Assembly: GCA_038087875.1 (NCBI GenBank) | Contig: CM075997.1 | Span: 4,404,001-4,468,000, forward strand | Origin: Malacoraja senta | Lineage: Eukaryota | Direction: 5' to 3' | Length of the DNA stretch: 64,000 bases | Part shown: positions 14,554 through 26,515 of the stretch, one piece after another | How the letters are laid out: each line of letters begins with the position of its first letter | Numbering within the stretch: position 1 is the stretch's first letter | Notes under the pieces: generated by a model | Database searches by the model: none | Told to the model about the DNA's origin: nothing | Seen by the model: only the letters and a program-made list of their open reading frames with translations | Translations under genes and position numbers: made by a program

Positions 14554-15631
14554 TCACACTCTGTGTTATCCCCAACCTCTCTCAGGCTTACTAACCATGG
14601 TTTATGTTTAGAGGCACAACACGGAAACAGGCCCTTCGGCCACCGAGTCCACGCCGACCATCGATCACCCATTCACACTAGCTCTCCATCATCCCACTTA
14701 ATCATCCACTCCCTTCTGAAGAAGGGTCTCGACCCGAAACGTCACCCATTCCTTCTCTCCAGAGATGCTGCCTGTCCCGCTGAGTTACTCCAGCATTTTG
14801 TGTCTATCTTCGGTTTAAACCAGCATCTGCAGTTCCTTCCAATAATAATAATAATAATAATGGATTTTATTTACGGGCGCCTTATACCGAGGTCTCAAGG
14901 ACACCATACAGAGATTTATAGAAAACATATAATCAGAATTTAAAAAAATAGGTTATAAAGACCAATACATAAATCAGGGACAGAATTCCTTCCAAAAACA
15001 CAAAAAAAAGAAAATCAGAAGCACAATTTGAGGAGAGAGCAGCGGCAATTTAACGCCAGCGTCCACTCTCCCCTCCGACCGCCATACCCTTCATACAAAG
15101 TTTGTACGTTCTCCCCGTGACCTGCGTGGGTTTTCTCTGGATGCTCTGGTTTCCTCCTGCAGTCCAAAGACATATAGGTTTACTGGCTAATTGGCTTGGT
15201 ATAATTGTAAAATTGTCCCGAGTGTGTAGGATATTGTAAGTGTACAGGGTGGTCGCTGGTCGGTGTGGACTTGCTGGGCCCAAGGGCCTGTTTCTGCGCT
15301 GTATCTCTAAAGTTCCTGTGGATCATGTTTCTCTAAGGCCTGTGGATGTGATTACCCACTTATGCTGACAGATTCATCCTGTGGGTGTGGTAGATATTAC
15401 TCAGTTCCTATCGTTATTCTGCACCTACATGGAAAATAAATAGCAACTGCTCTCATCACTGTTAAAGGTCATTGAGTCAATAAGTCATACAGCGTGGAAA
15501 CAGGCCTTCGGCCCAACTTGCCCACACCGGCCAACATCTCCCATTTACACCAGTCCCACCTGCCCGCGTTTGTCCCATATCCCACCAAACCTGTCAAATC
15601 CATGTACCTGTCTAACTGTTTCTTAAACGTT

Positions 15632-16228
15632 GCCTTGTAGGAGCAAAGAGGTCCTTCTGCAGTTGTACAGAGCCCGAGTGAGACCACACCTGGAGTATTG
15701 TGTGCAGTTTTGGTCCCCTAATTTGAGGAAGGACATTCTTGCTATTGAGGGAGTGCAGCGTAGGTTTACAAGGTTAATTCCCGGGATGGCGGGACTGTCA
15801 TTTGTTGAGAGAATGGAGCAGCTGGGCTTGTACACTCTGGAGTTTAGAAGGATGAGAGGGGATCTCATTGAAACATATAAGATTGTTAAGGGCTTGGACA
15901 CGCTAGAGGCAGGAAACATGTTCCCGATGTTGGGGGAGTCCAGAACCAGGGGCCACAGTTTAAGAATAAGGAGTAAGCCATTTAGAACGGAGACGAGGAA
16001 ACACTTTTTCTCACAGAGAGGGGTGAGTCTGTGGAATTCTCTGCCTCAGAGGGCGGTGGAGGCAGGTTCTCTGGATGCTTTCAAGAGAGAGCTAGATAGG
16101 GCTCTTAAAAATAGCTGAGTAAGGGGATATGGGGAGAAGGTAGGAACGGGGTACTGATTGGGGATGATCAGCCATGATCACATTAAATGGCGGTGCTGGC
16201 TCGAAGGCCTGCACCTATTGTCTATTGG
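15632..16228 (+). mobile_element. CR1-clade LINE 3' fragment
   Basis: [19 protein letters not shown]...RMRGDLIETYKI...WNSLP. Further CR1 pieces at 2300-2645, 7455-7662, 16600-17255, 17725-18105, 46630-47170, 47962-48330, 59030-59740 and 60710-61205. Confidence 0.9.
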
Positions 16229-18114
16229 CAATTGCCTCAACTACCTCCTCTGGCAGCTCATTCCATGCACCCACCATCTTTGTGTGAAAAGGTTACCGCT
16301 CAGATTCCTATTGTCTTCTCCCCTTCACCTTAAACTTATGTCCTCTGGTCCTCGATTCCCCTACTCTGGGCAATCCGATCTGTTCCTCTCATGATTTTAT
16401 ACACCTCTCTAAGATCACCCCTCATCCTCCTGCACTCCAAGGAATAGAGTCTCAGCCTGCTCAACCTCTCCCTATAGCTCAGACGCTCGAGTCCTGGAAA
16501 TATCTTCTCTGTACCCTTTCCAGCTTGACAACATCTTTCCTATAACACGGTGCCCAGAACTAAACGCAATACTCTAAATGCAGCCTCACCAACATCTTAT
16601 GCATTAAATTCACTGGAATTTAGAAGGATGAGAGGGGATAGAAACATAGAAACATAGAAACATAGAAAATAGGTGCAGGAGGAGGCCATTTGGCCCTTCG
16701 AGCCAGCACCGCCATTCATTGTGATCATGGTTGATCGTCCCCTATCAATAACCCGTGCCTGCCTTCTCCCCATATCCCTTGACTCCACTAGCCCTTGACT
16801 CCACTAGACTCCACTAGCCCCTAGAGCTCTATCTAACTCTCTCTTAAATCCATCCATCCATCCATCCATCCAGGGATCTTATAGAAACATTTAAAATTCT
16901 TAAGGGATTCTAGATGCAGGAAAAATGTTCCCCATGTTGGAGGAGTCGTGGACCAGGGGTCACAGTTTAAGAATAAGGGGTCGGCCATTTAGGACTGAGA
17001 TGAGGAAAAAGATTTCCACCCAGAGAGTTGTGAATCTGTGGGATTCTCTGCCCCAGAAGGCAGTGGAGGCCAATTCACTGGATGTATTCTAGAGAGAGTT
17101 AGATAGAGCTCTTAAGGGTAACGGAATCAAGGGATATGGGGAGAAAGCAGGAACGGTGTACTGATTGTAGATGATTAACCATGATCATATTGAATGGCAG
17201 TGCTGGCTCGAAGGGCCGAATGGCCTACTCCTGCACCTATTGTCTATGTTTTCTATATTATACAACTGCCACATGACCACCCAACTTCAAAACTCAATAC
17301 TTTGACTCGGGGCAGAAAAACAAAATGATGGAAATTTTGCAGGACTTCTCTTGAATTCACATCATCCATTCATCGGAACTGTCACGTTCCGCGTCTTAGG
17401 ACACGACATCTTCGGATCTATTGCGGAGGCTTATGTGGTCCTTGTTAATCCCAGAGATGTGGCTGCTTTTAGCGGAAGCTTCACAGAGGAGATCAGATTG
17501 TGCTTTTCTGCAAAGTCTTGACGTAACCTTTCTCCACACCCGGTTGTAGGAAAGATGTCGTTAAATTGAAATGGGTGCGGAGAGGATTCACGAGGAAGTT
17601 GCCTGGCCTGCAGGGGGAGTTTTTTTTTCTTTTTCTTTTTTTTAATCAAAAAATTTATTCAATTATTAAAAAATAATATTACACTACAATAAAACTAGCC
17701 AGAACCTACCACCATAATACAATACATAGAAACATAGAAACATAGAAATTAGGTGCAGGAGTAGGCCATTCGGCCCTTCGAGCCTGCGCCACCATTCAAT
17801 ATGATCATGGCTGATCATCCAACTCAGTATCCCCGTACTTGCCTTCTCTCCATACCCTCTGATCCCTTTAGCACAAGGGCCACATCTAGCTCCCTCTTAA
17901 ATATAGCCAATGAACTGGCCTCGACTACCCTCTGTGGCAGAGAGTTCCAGAGATTCACCACTCTCTGTGTGAAAAAAGTTCTTCTCATCTCGGTTTTAAA
18001 GGATTTCCCCCTTATCCTTAAGCTGTGACCCTTGTCCTGGACTTCCCCAACATCGGGAGCAATCTTCTGCATCTAGCCTGTCCAACCCCTTAAGAATTTT
18101 GTAAGAATACAAAC

Positions 18115-18515
18115 ATATATCCTAAATAAACGACTATACAACTATGTTACACTCCTTATTGAGGATGCATTCAACACCCTGCAGTCCCGGAACTCCCCCA
18201 GGGTGCCCGTGGACAAGGCATATTCCCTTTCTAACCGCCCCGGGCACGGACGTAACCCCGGAAAAGGGGCAGGCAGCCGGCTCGGGTAAAGCCCTCCACC
18301 GCCTGGCGCCTTGACTCACGGATGGCCAGCTTGGCCAAGCCCTGAAGCAACCCAACCAGGACATCTTCAGCCCCTCCCCTCTCCCTACGCACAGGGTGTC
18401 CACAGATGAGGACGGTGGGTGAGAAATGCAGCCAGAAGGCAAGGAGCAGCCCCTTTAGGTATTCAAACAGTGGCTGCAGCCTCACGCACTCCATATACAC
18501 GTGGTACACAGCAGG
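18115..18515 (-). mobile_element. Tx1-like (L1 clade) ORF2 C-terminal fragment
   Basis: VYHVYMECVRLQPLFEYLKGLLLAFWLHFSPTVLICGHP...LAKLAIRESR. The 3' UTR and poly-A continue at ~17620-17725 beyond a CR1 insertion. Confidence 0.7.
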
Positions 18516-18541
18516 GAGAGGTTTTGGCAGGCTCGGACTTA

Positions 18542-18889
18542 AGGGCCTGTCCCACTTGGCCGTCATTTGCGCGCCATTTACGCGACCTCCAAAAATGTGA
18601 TCGTCGCGTTGTGACGCGCAGGCAGCGTGTGGGTAGCGCGGGACGGGGCGGCATGGAGAGGCGTGGAGGAGGGTGGAGTTGCGCGCGGTATCGCTGCACG
18701 AAATCCTCGCACGCCACCTGCGTGACGTATCGCGTACGCACGCTGACGCATTGGGTACGCACGCTGGCGTCCTGATGTCTCACATGTATCGCGTGATGAC
18801 GCATGGTTAAGTCACCGTGCGTAACCATGCGTCGCACGTAACCATGCGTCCGACCTATTTTACATATGACGGCAAGTGGGACAGGCCCT
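18542..18889. mobile_element. PIF/Harbinger-type MITE
   Basis: TTA|AGGGCCTGTCCCACTT...AAGTGGGACAGGCCCT|TTA (3-bp TWA TSD). Confidence 0.85.
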
Positions 18890-18912
18890 TTAATCCCTTG
18901 GAGGGGTGATAT

Positions 18913-19112
18913 NNNNNNNNNNNNNNNNNNNNNNNNNNNNNNNNNNNNNNNNNNNNNNNNNNNNNNNNNNNNNNNNNNNNNNNNNNNNNNNNNNNNNNNN
19001 NNNNNNNNNNNNNNNNNNNNNNNNNNNNNNNNNNNNNNNNNNNNNNNNNNNNNNNNNNNNNNNNNNNNNNNNNNNNNNNNNNNNNNNNNNNNNNNNNNNN
19101 NNNNNNNNNNNN
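18913..19112. other. Assembly gap (200 N)
   Basis: Run of N. The round length suggests a placeholder of unknown true size. Confidence 1.
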
Positions 19113-19345
19113 AAAGAAGCCACATCAGTAGCAGCGAATGCAGTAGATGAGGTTAGAGGAAGTGTGTGTGAAGCTCATGTCTTATCTGGAACGTCTGCTG
19201 GGGTCCCTGGATGGATGTGAGGAAGGAGGTATAGGGACAGGAGCTACATCTCTTGTACCTGCCAGGGGCGGGGGGGGGGGTTTGGAAGAGAATGGATGCG
19301 TGAACCAAGGAGTTGTGGAAAGAGTGGTTTCCACAGAAATGGTTG
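19113..19345 (-). mobile_element. Degraded Penelope GIY-YIG fragment abutting the assembly gap
   Basis: Visible similarity to 56140-56380 (cagtagatgaggtt...gggtccctgga...). Confidence 0.65.
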
Positions 19346-21056
19346 GGGATGGTAAAGCAGTTACCGGAATTTGTTGGGTGAAGAGGCTATCAAAGCAGAA
19401 GGCAGCTGTATCACAGATGCCAATATTATAGGAACGGATAAAGGAATATGCATGGAAAATAAGATACATTTGGACAAAAGTTCATTCTACGAAGGTACTA
19501 TCAAATGTTTGTGCTTGAGTTACTGGGAATAGGCAAGATAGAAATCCAGGTATAAAACACAATTTCATGGGATGGTCTGCGGATATGTAGGATAACTTTA
19601 AAACCAGGTGATGGTGGAAAACAAACAAAAGGAAATTATTTTATATTCAGTTCAGTGGAAGAGGTAACTTGTATAAACTGACAAGTTTGATAGTATGACA
19701 GGTATTGATATAAACTCAAAAATGCTGGAGTAACCAGGCTCTCTGGAGAAAAGGAATAGGTGACGTTTCAGGTCAAGACCCACCTTCAGTCTGAAGAAGG
19801 GCCTCGACCTGAAACGTCACCTATTACTTTTCTCCAGAGATGCTGCCTGACCCGTTGAGTTACTCCAGCATTTTGTGTATATCCTCGGTGTAACCCAGCA
19901 TCTGCAGTTCCTTCCTACACAGATAATTATATAATTGTGTAAGGAAATAATTGTTTCCAAGTCTGAAGAAGGGTCTCAACCTAAAATGTCACCCATTCCT
20001 TCTCTCCAGAGATGCTGCCTGTCCCACTGAGTTACTCCAGCATTTTGTGTCTGTCTTCATTAATATAATTGTGTTTTATATATGATTGTGCGAAGATAAT
20101 CACCTTAATGGTGAAAACTATCTTCATCACCTGTCAGTTTCTTATACCCTAGAGGGTGTTTTTCTCTATAAGATTCGTTGAACTAATTTTCTCAGCTGCC
20201 TTCATCTCAATTATTTACACACTGTCGCTAATAAATCTGAAAACTTGGAAATGCTTCTCTGATTGACTCAAGCTCTTGTCAGATCTGCCATTCCTTCAGT
20301 GTTTTCTCCTTTCATTCTTGTTATTCAGTTCGTTAAATAACTCATTTTGACTAATTTCTTTTCTACGATGAAAGCTGCCTGTATTGGATGTTTCTCTCTC
20401 TCCTTCCCCACCCTTCTCTCCAGAGATGCTGCCTGACCCGCTGAGTTACTCCAACTTTATGTGTCTATCTTCGGTTTAAACCAGCATCTACAGTTCCTTC
20501 CTACACATATTGTGTCCTCCCCTACCCAAGTACTCCTGCTAATTTATCTGTCCTCCTGATTAATGTTACTGTTTTGTGTGCCTCATTGTCACCTTCCTCT
20601 AAGCCAACAATGAGCCATTCTACATTCCCTTGAACATCATCTGCTTTGATCTGTCTTTTTCACACCTTATATGCTCGTTGTAGCCTTCTATATCTCGTTT
20701 CCCTCTCCCCTGCCTCTCAGTCTGAAGAAGGGTCTCGATCTGAAACTTACTCCCATTCGTTCTCTCCAGAGATGCTGCCTGTCCCGCTGAGTTACTCCAA
20801 CATTTTGTGTCTATCTTGGATGTTTCAAATATGGTCCACTTCATTATTGTAGTATTTGGTATCTGTAATCTTATTTTTGATTTGACTAGCTGGTACTGAT
20901 TGCAAACATTCTCTGCTGGTGGTTCCAGCAAAGGGCCTGGAACATTTCGAGATATAATTGCTCTTTCAGTGCATAACATTTACATGAGTTACCGATCATC
21001 AAAGTGAACACCTCAAAGCCTGTTGCAAATTCAAACTGGTTGTAATGTGATTGCAG

Positions 21057-21156
21057 GGGGATTGATACAAGTACATACTGTGACTACAGACTGGAGTTTA
21101 TAATACATTTGCATGGTTTACCTCTCAACCCTCATCGAGGACTTCTCTTTATGCTG
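21057..21156 (+). CDS. catsperg: Internal coding exon of cation channel sperm-associated auxiliary subunit gamma (last extracellular segment and start of the TM helix)
   Basis: Acceptor gtgattgcag|, donor |gtaagt. 100 bp, phase 2 to phase 0, reads (R)GIDTSTYCDYRLEFIIHLHGLPLNPHRGLLFML. Recognised against recalled human CATSPERG [34 protein letters not shown]. Confidence 0.88.
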
Positions 21157-24100
21157 GTAAGTAGCAGAAATGTTATTGGTTGGCTATTCAAAGAAGGGTC
21201 TCGACCCGAAACATCACCTATTCGTATTCTCCAGAGAACCTGCCTGACGCGCTGAGTTACTCAGCTTTTTGTGTTTGGCTTCTAACTCAAATTTCATATG
21301 TGAAAATGTACAAGATATTAATAAAACAGTGAAATTAAACAGAAAATACCAAAACATGCTGAGCAGGCCATGCATTATATGTGGAAAGAGAAACAATCAT
21401 AGTTTGCGACTTTAAGACTTTAGAATTTAGAAATACAGCGTGTTAAAAGGCCTTTCAGCGCACAGAGTCTGCGCCGAACAGCGATCACCCCGTACACTAG
21501 CACTATCCGACACACTAGGGACCATTTACAATTTTACGAAAGCCAATTAACCTCCACACCGTACATCTTTGGAATGTGGGAGGAAACCAGAGCACCCGGA
21601 GAAAACCCACGCGGTCACAGGAAGAATGTACAAAGTCCGTACAGACAGCACCCGTAGTCAGGATCAAACCTGGGTCTCCAGCGGTGTAAGGCAGCAACTC
21701 TACCGCTGCACTAGTGTGCCGCCCCAGGTTTTAGGTTGATCACTTTCCACAAGCCCTAAAATTCTAACCAACTTTCTCCTCACAAATCCTTTCTTTGTGT
21801 AGGCTGGAAATATTTTTGACCGGTGAGGCAGAAGTGTATATGCAATATCTGACTGTTGTCTATAATAACAGTAGATTATTGTCACTGCATTGTTCAGTGG
21901 TTATGCTTAATTCAGCTCTTAAATCCTAGAATGGCCTTAAAAAAGACACTAAACATCGTAGTAAAATTATTTGGGATTTTATCAGGTAATAACAATGAAA
22001 CAATTTGTGACTGCCATAAATTATTGGCAGCTTTGAGATTTCTGCACAAGTATATTTATGAACATCATTCTAGATCTACTGTAAGCGCCAGAGACCGGAT
22101 TCGATCCTGACTGCGGGTGCTGTCTTTACGGGGTTTATACATTCCCCGGGACCTGCGTGGGTTTTCTCTGGGTGCTCTGGTTTCCTCCCACTCTCCAAAG
22201 ACATAAGTTAATTGGCTTGGTAAAGATTGTAAAATTGTCCCTAGTGTTGTGTGGGGATCGCTGGTCGGTACGGATTTGGCGGGTCTTACAGGCTATTTCT
22301 GCACTGTATCTCTAAACCAAACTAAACTAAAAGGTTGCTGCTGGGCAGCAAGGTATCCTCCTGTGCAGATTCTTCATAGTGTTCAGCTTGGGAGGAAAGA
22401 ATTTGGCTGAATGTGTTAAACCTGGCGGTGCTGGCTCGAAGGGCTGAATGGCCTACTCCTGCATCTATTGTGTATTGTCTATTAGCGGAGTCAGGGGATG
22501 TGGGGAGAAGGCAGGAACGGGTTACTGATTAGGGATGATAAGCCATGATCACAATGAATGGCGGTGCTGGCTCGAAGGGCTGAATGGCCTACTCCTGCAC
22601 CTAGTGTCTATTGTCTATTGCCTAAACTTCCATTTCTCACTCATCTGAAAATTCTGTGCCATGCGGGGAAATACATGGAAAATTCTCCTTTGACCGAGTC
22701 AAAAGGAACTGGTGCAAGGGCCTCAGATTGAGATTTCAGATAGACAAATAACTTAATATTCTTTATAATCTTATCAAGATTTTCTAAATCTCTTGCTGCT
22801 TGTAAATTTAGATTTTTAAATAATATTTATTGATGTTTACAAGACCTTGCTGCAACTCCGGCCATGTTTTCACCACCCCCTCCGAACTTCCTTACTCTAA
22901 TGCTGAGCGGTTTGTCCTAAGCAGTGGCCTCACTTTTACACCAGGCCTCAACAAGTTCCAGGCCTGTTGTGATGTTGTGCTCTTATTCTGCTGACTCTGC
23001 CTCCGTCTCCATGCCTATTTCTGTGGCAAGGACTCCTTGCCCCCCCCCCCCCCCCCCCCAGTAATGAACCTTTCTCATATCTCCAACACTCTTAGAAACA
23101 TAGAAAATAGATGCAGGAGTCGGCCCTTCGGCCCTGCGGTCCAGCACCACTATTCAATATGCTCATGGCTGATCATCCAGAATCAGTACCCCGTTCCTGC
23201 TTTCTTCCCATCCATTGATTCCTTTTGCCCTAAGAGCTAAATCTAACTCTTTCTTGAAAACATCTAGTGAATTGGCCTCCACTGCCTTCTGTGGCAGAGA
23301 ATCCCACAGATTCACAACTCTCTGGGTGAAAAAGTTTTTCCTCATCTCAGTCCTAAATGGCCGGCCCCTTATTCTTACACTGTGACCCCTGGTTCCATTT
23401 AGTTTATCTTGGCATTGTGTTTACTGTGTACTCTGTGGACCAAAGGGCCGGCTCCTGTGCTGTAACGTTCTATGTTCCAGATTCTAAGTTTGAACAGCAC
23501 CGAGGTTTCAGGGAATGAAATACTTTAATGTCACCTGAGACTTTGCTTGCATACCCAATGTATACAAATAGCGGCCCACTACGGCGCTGACAAAGTTACA
23601 AAGCACGCCAGCTCCTCGTTTTGTTTTCAGCCCCCCCCCCCCCCCAACGGTTCCCCGCACCGGGTCCCCATTGTCCTTAGTTCTCCCTCCCCAATTGTCC
23701 ATTGTTCCTCCCCTCCCCCTCCCCCTCCCTCACGACGGTCCTCCACGCTCTCATTGACTGCGAGGCGTCACCACAGCCGAGGCTCCATCGTCGCGAGGCT
23801 TCACCGCTGCCGCCGCCGAGACCTCACCACTGCCGACGCCCCACTTCACGCCTCCGTGATGCCGACCCGGGCCCCAGCCGCGGGCTTTATGGGCCGCTCC
23901 TCTGACCCCGCGAGGCCCAGCTCCTCCGTCCGTCCAACCTGCGAGACCCCGGCCCGGGCTTCCACGCCGCAATCCGGGAGGCATTAAGACTGCGGCGCCT
24001 CGATAAAGGCCTCCGGCCGAGTTCCCAGTCCACAGGTGCGGCCTGGCGGGATTCCGTCGATGGGAATGTATTTCGATGGGAATGGGGTTCATAAGCAAAA

Positions 24101-24241
24101 TCAAATTCTGCACAAACTTTGTTATTTCATTGCTTTTACAATATCCTGAAGTGAATGGGCGTGGCATTAAGTAATTAAGTAATGCCTTTCCCTCTTATTT
24201 GTGTGGCTTTAACTAAGTAACATACCTTTATTTTTGTTTAG

Positions 24242-24368
24242 GTTACATTGTCCATATTGTGGTTTATCCTCATTTCTTACGTTTTCTATCGCTGCTACTT
24301 AAGTTGGATGCAAAGGAAAGTTAAAGCAGCAGCAACAATTGACCCAATGATTCTGCCTTCTCGCTCAT
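24242..24368 (+). CDS. catsperg: Next catsperg exon: transmembrane helix and start of the cytoplasmic tail
   Basis: Acceptor tttttgtttag|, donor |gtatgt. Only the phase-0 frame is open and it matches the previous exon: VTLSILWFILISYVFYRCYLSWMQRKVKAAATIDPMILPSRS. Joined, the exons give a ~22-aa hydrophobic helix (GLLFMLVTLSILWFILISYVFY) followed by basic residues. Confidence 0.75.
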
Positions 24369-25405
24369 GTATGTATCTTATATCTAGTGGTTAAACATTT
24401 AATTGTATAGAACAAGCTTCTTATGTACAATGGGTCGTCAGTTGTGTGAATTTTTGATTGCTGTTAGCTCGTAGTCTCGCAGGTCGGACGTAGATGATTG
24501 CATTCATGTAAACTTGTGAAACTGAGTTGTGTGGTTAATCCTACGTGGATATAAACCAAGAACCCTACGTTCTTTTATAAGTTCATGTTCGTAAGTCATG
24601 GGAGCAGAATTAGGCCATTTGGCCTGTCTAGGCCAGTCTACACCGCCATTCAATCATGGCTGATCTGTCTTTCCCTCTCAACTCCATTCTCCTGCCTTCT
24701 CCCCTTAACCTTTGACACCCTTTGTTAATGAAGATTCCGTCAATCTTCCCTTTAAAACTAACCACTGACGGCCTCCTCATCCGTCCATGGGGATGAATTC
24801 CGCAGATTCACCACACTCTGAATAAAGAAATTCCTCCTCATCTCCTTCTCCCACCCTACACTTGATCAGCCCTGCCTTTCCAAGCATAGATACATGCTGT
24901 GCCTGAGAATTCTCTTTATTAATCTCCCTAACGTTGACATCCGACTCAGCAATCTAGCTTATCACTGCCACCTTTCTTGAGTAGCGGAACAACATTAGCT
25001 ATCTTCCAATGTTCTGATACCTTGCCTGGGGCTAATGAAGATGTGAACATTTCCATCTGGGCTATCTCCTTCCTTGCTTCCCATAGCTCCTGAAATAGAC
25101 CTCATCAAGCCCTGGGATTTATCTTACCTTATGCATTTCAAGACATCTAAACCTCCACCTTATTCATTCTTGCACACTCCAGATTATCACCGTATCTTTC
25201 TGTAAACACACTATCTTCCACCCTTCTCCTTGGTGAATACAATTGAGAGATATAACTCATTATCACCAAGCCCACAGCCAACAGATGGCCTGTTTCCTTG
25301 ATTATCATTACTTTTATGCATATATCTTTCCTTCATTTGTTCTATATCTATTTCATCGTCCATATCTCTCCTTTCCCTTTACCCTGGCTCTCAATCTGAA
25401 GAAGG

Positions 25406-25863
25406 CCTCTTCGGATCATTGACCTTGTCGTGGTGAAGAGGCTCGCGTGACCCCATGATTCCGAGAGCTATGCCGTCGGAAGCACCAGCTTCTGGTAGGG
25501 ACACCCATGGCGGTAAGGTCGAGGATAAGGGTCCAACGATCCAACCTACAAGACCTCAACGGTGGACCAGGCGGATGAAGTTATCTTGAACTCAATGGCT
25601 GTGAAGGCGGATGAAGGCTGCAACAGATCTATCAGCTCCAATCGTCTTGGTTCCCTTGCCATTGGAATGAGTTGATTGATTTGTGAAGGACCGTGTGCTT
25701 CTTGGAGTACAACATCAAGTACACGTTAAACACACACACGCACAGGCGTCTTCATTCTGTGAGCTGCAAAACCAGGATTGGACTCATAAACCACCTGAGA
25801 GTCCATAAAAACAACAGAACGTAGACCATCATCCTCGACCTCGAGGGATAGCCACGACGACGA
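25406..25863 (+). mobile_element. Bipartite non-autonomous RTE-clade element (RTE 5' UTR fused to the ORF C-terminus and 3' tail)
   Basis: 14-bp TSD caatctgaagaagg (25392-25405 and 25864-25877). 5' part resembles RTE/BovB-type 5' UTRs (ccttgtcgtggtgaagagg...gagctatgccgt...agggacaccca). 3' part encodes CKTRIGLINHLRVH, typical of the RTE ORF end. Ends in (GAC)n. Confidence 0.8.
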
Positions 25864-26143
25864 CAATCTGAAGAAGGGTCTCGATCCGAAACGTCACCCA
25901 TTCCTTCTCTCCAGAGATGCAGCCTGCCCGCTGAGTAACTCCAGCTTTTGTATCTATCTTCGGTTTAAGGCAGGATCCTACAGTTCCTTTCGACACAGAT
26001 GAGAGGTATCCATTTAAGACCTCACCCACATCCTCTAACTCCACTCACGGATTTTCCCTATCATCCCAAATATTACTCTTTTCATCGTGCTCCTGATATA
26101 CTTGTAGAATATCCTGTGTTTCTCCTCAATCTTAGTTGCCAAG

Positions 26144-26515
26144 TGTAGCTAGGCCAGACAGGTTGACAGAAAACGGGCAGTTTCAGTGCAACCGCGTTCT
26201 GCTGAGCGGACAGGGCGCCGAGGTTCTCGGCAGCGTTCATGTCGAGAAGAAATCCGAAAAACTTTCGTATCGACGGGGTCACCAATGTAGCGAGGTCCAG
26301 ACAGGTTGAGCATAGTGATTTTTATTCTTAATAAAAACGAAACAAAACTCGTGAAGTTCGCGTGTCTGACTGAACTAACAATAATAGCTCCAGTTACTAG
26401 GAGGCACGCTAACACAACCTAAAAAAGCTCGTGAGCGAACCCCCGCGGTCACGTGATGGAACCGACCAATGATGAGGGTTCTGACCTCCCCATCCCACCA
26501 CTAGATGCCGCTACA
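26144..26515 (-). mobile_element. Internally deleted Gypsy LTR retrotransposon
   Basis: 4-bp TSD CAAG (26140-26143 and 26516-26519). 230-bp 5' LTR TGTAGC...GCTACA (26515-26286) containing AATAAA. PBS TGGTGACCCCG. Gag start MNAAENLGALSAQQNAVALKLPVF, then only the last 23 bp of the 3' LTR. Confidence 0.88.

Noticed and set aside
17343..17519. Open frame GLLLNSHHPFIGTVTFRVLGHDIFG... after ttttgcag
   Set aside because: No convincing donor before the stop and no recognised homology.
18463..19220. ORFs containing X runs
   Set aside because: They are artefacts of reading through the N gap.
23700..24065. GC/CpG-rich stretch read as a CpG-island promoter
   Set aside because: It is contiguous with a minus-strand retroelement tail (23515-23700, related to 3100-3290), so it is more likely transposon interior.
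26498..26512. CTCF-like motifs CCACTAGATGCCGCT (LTR) and CCACTAGAGGAGCGC (43353)
   Set aside because: Both deviate in the core, and binding cannot be inferred from sequence alone.
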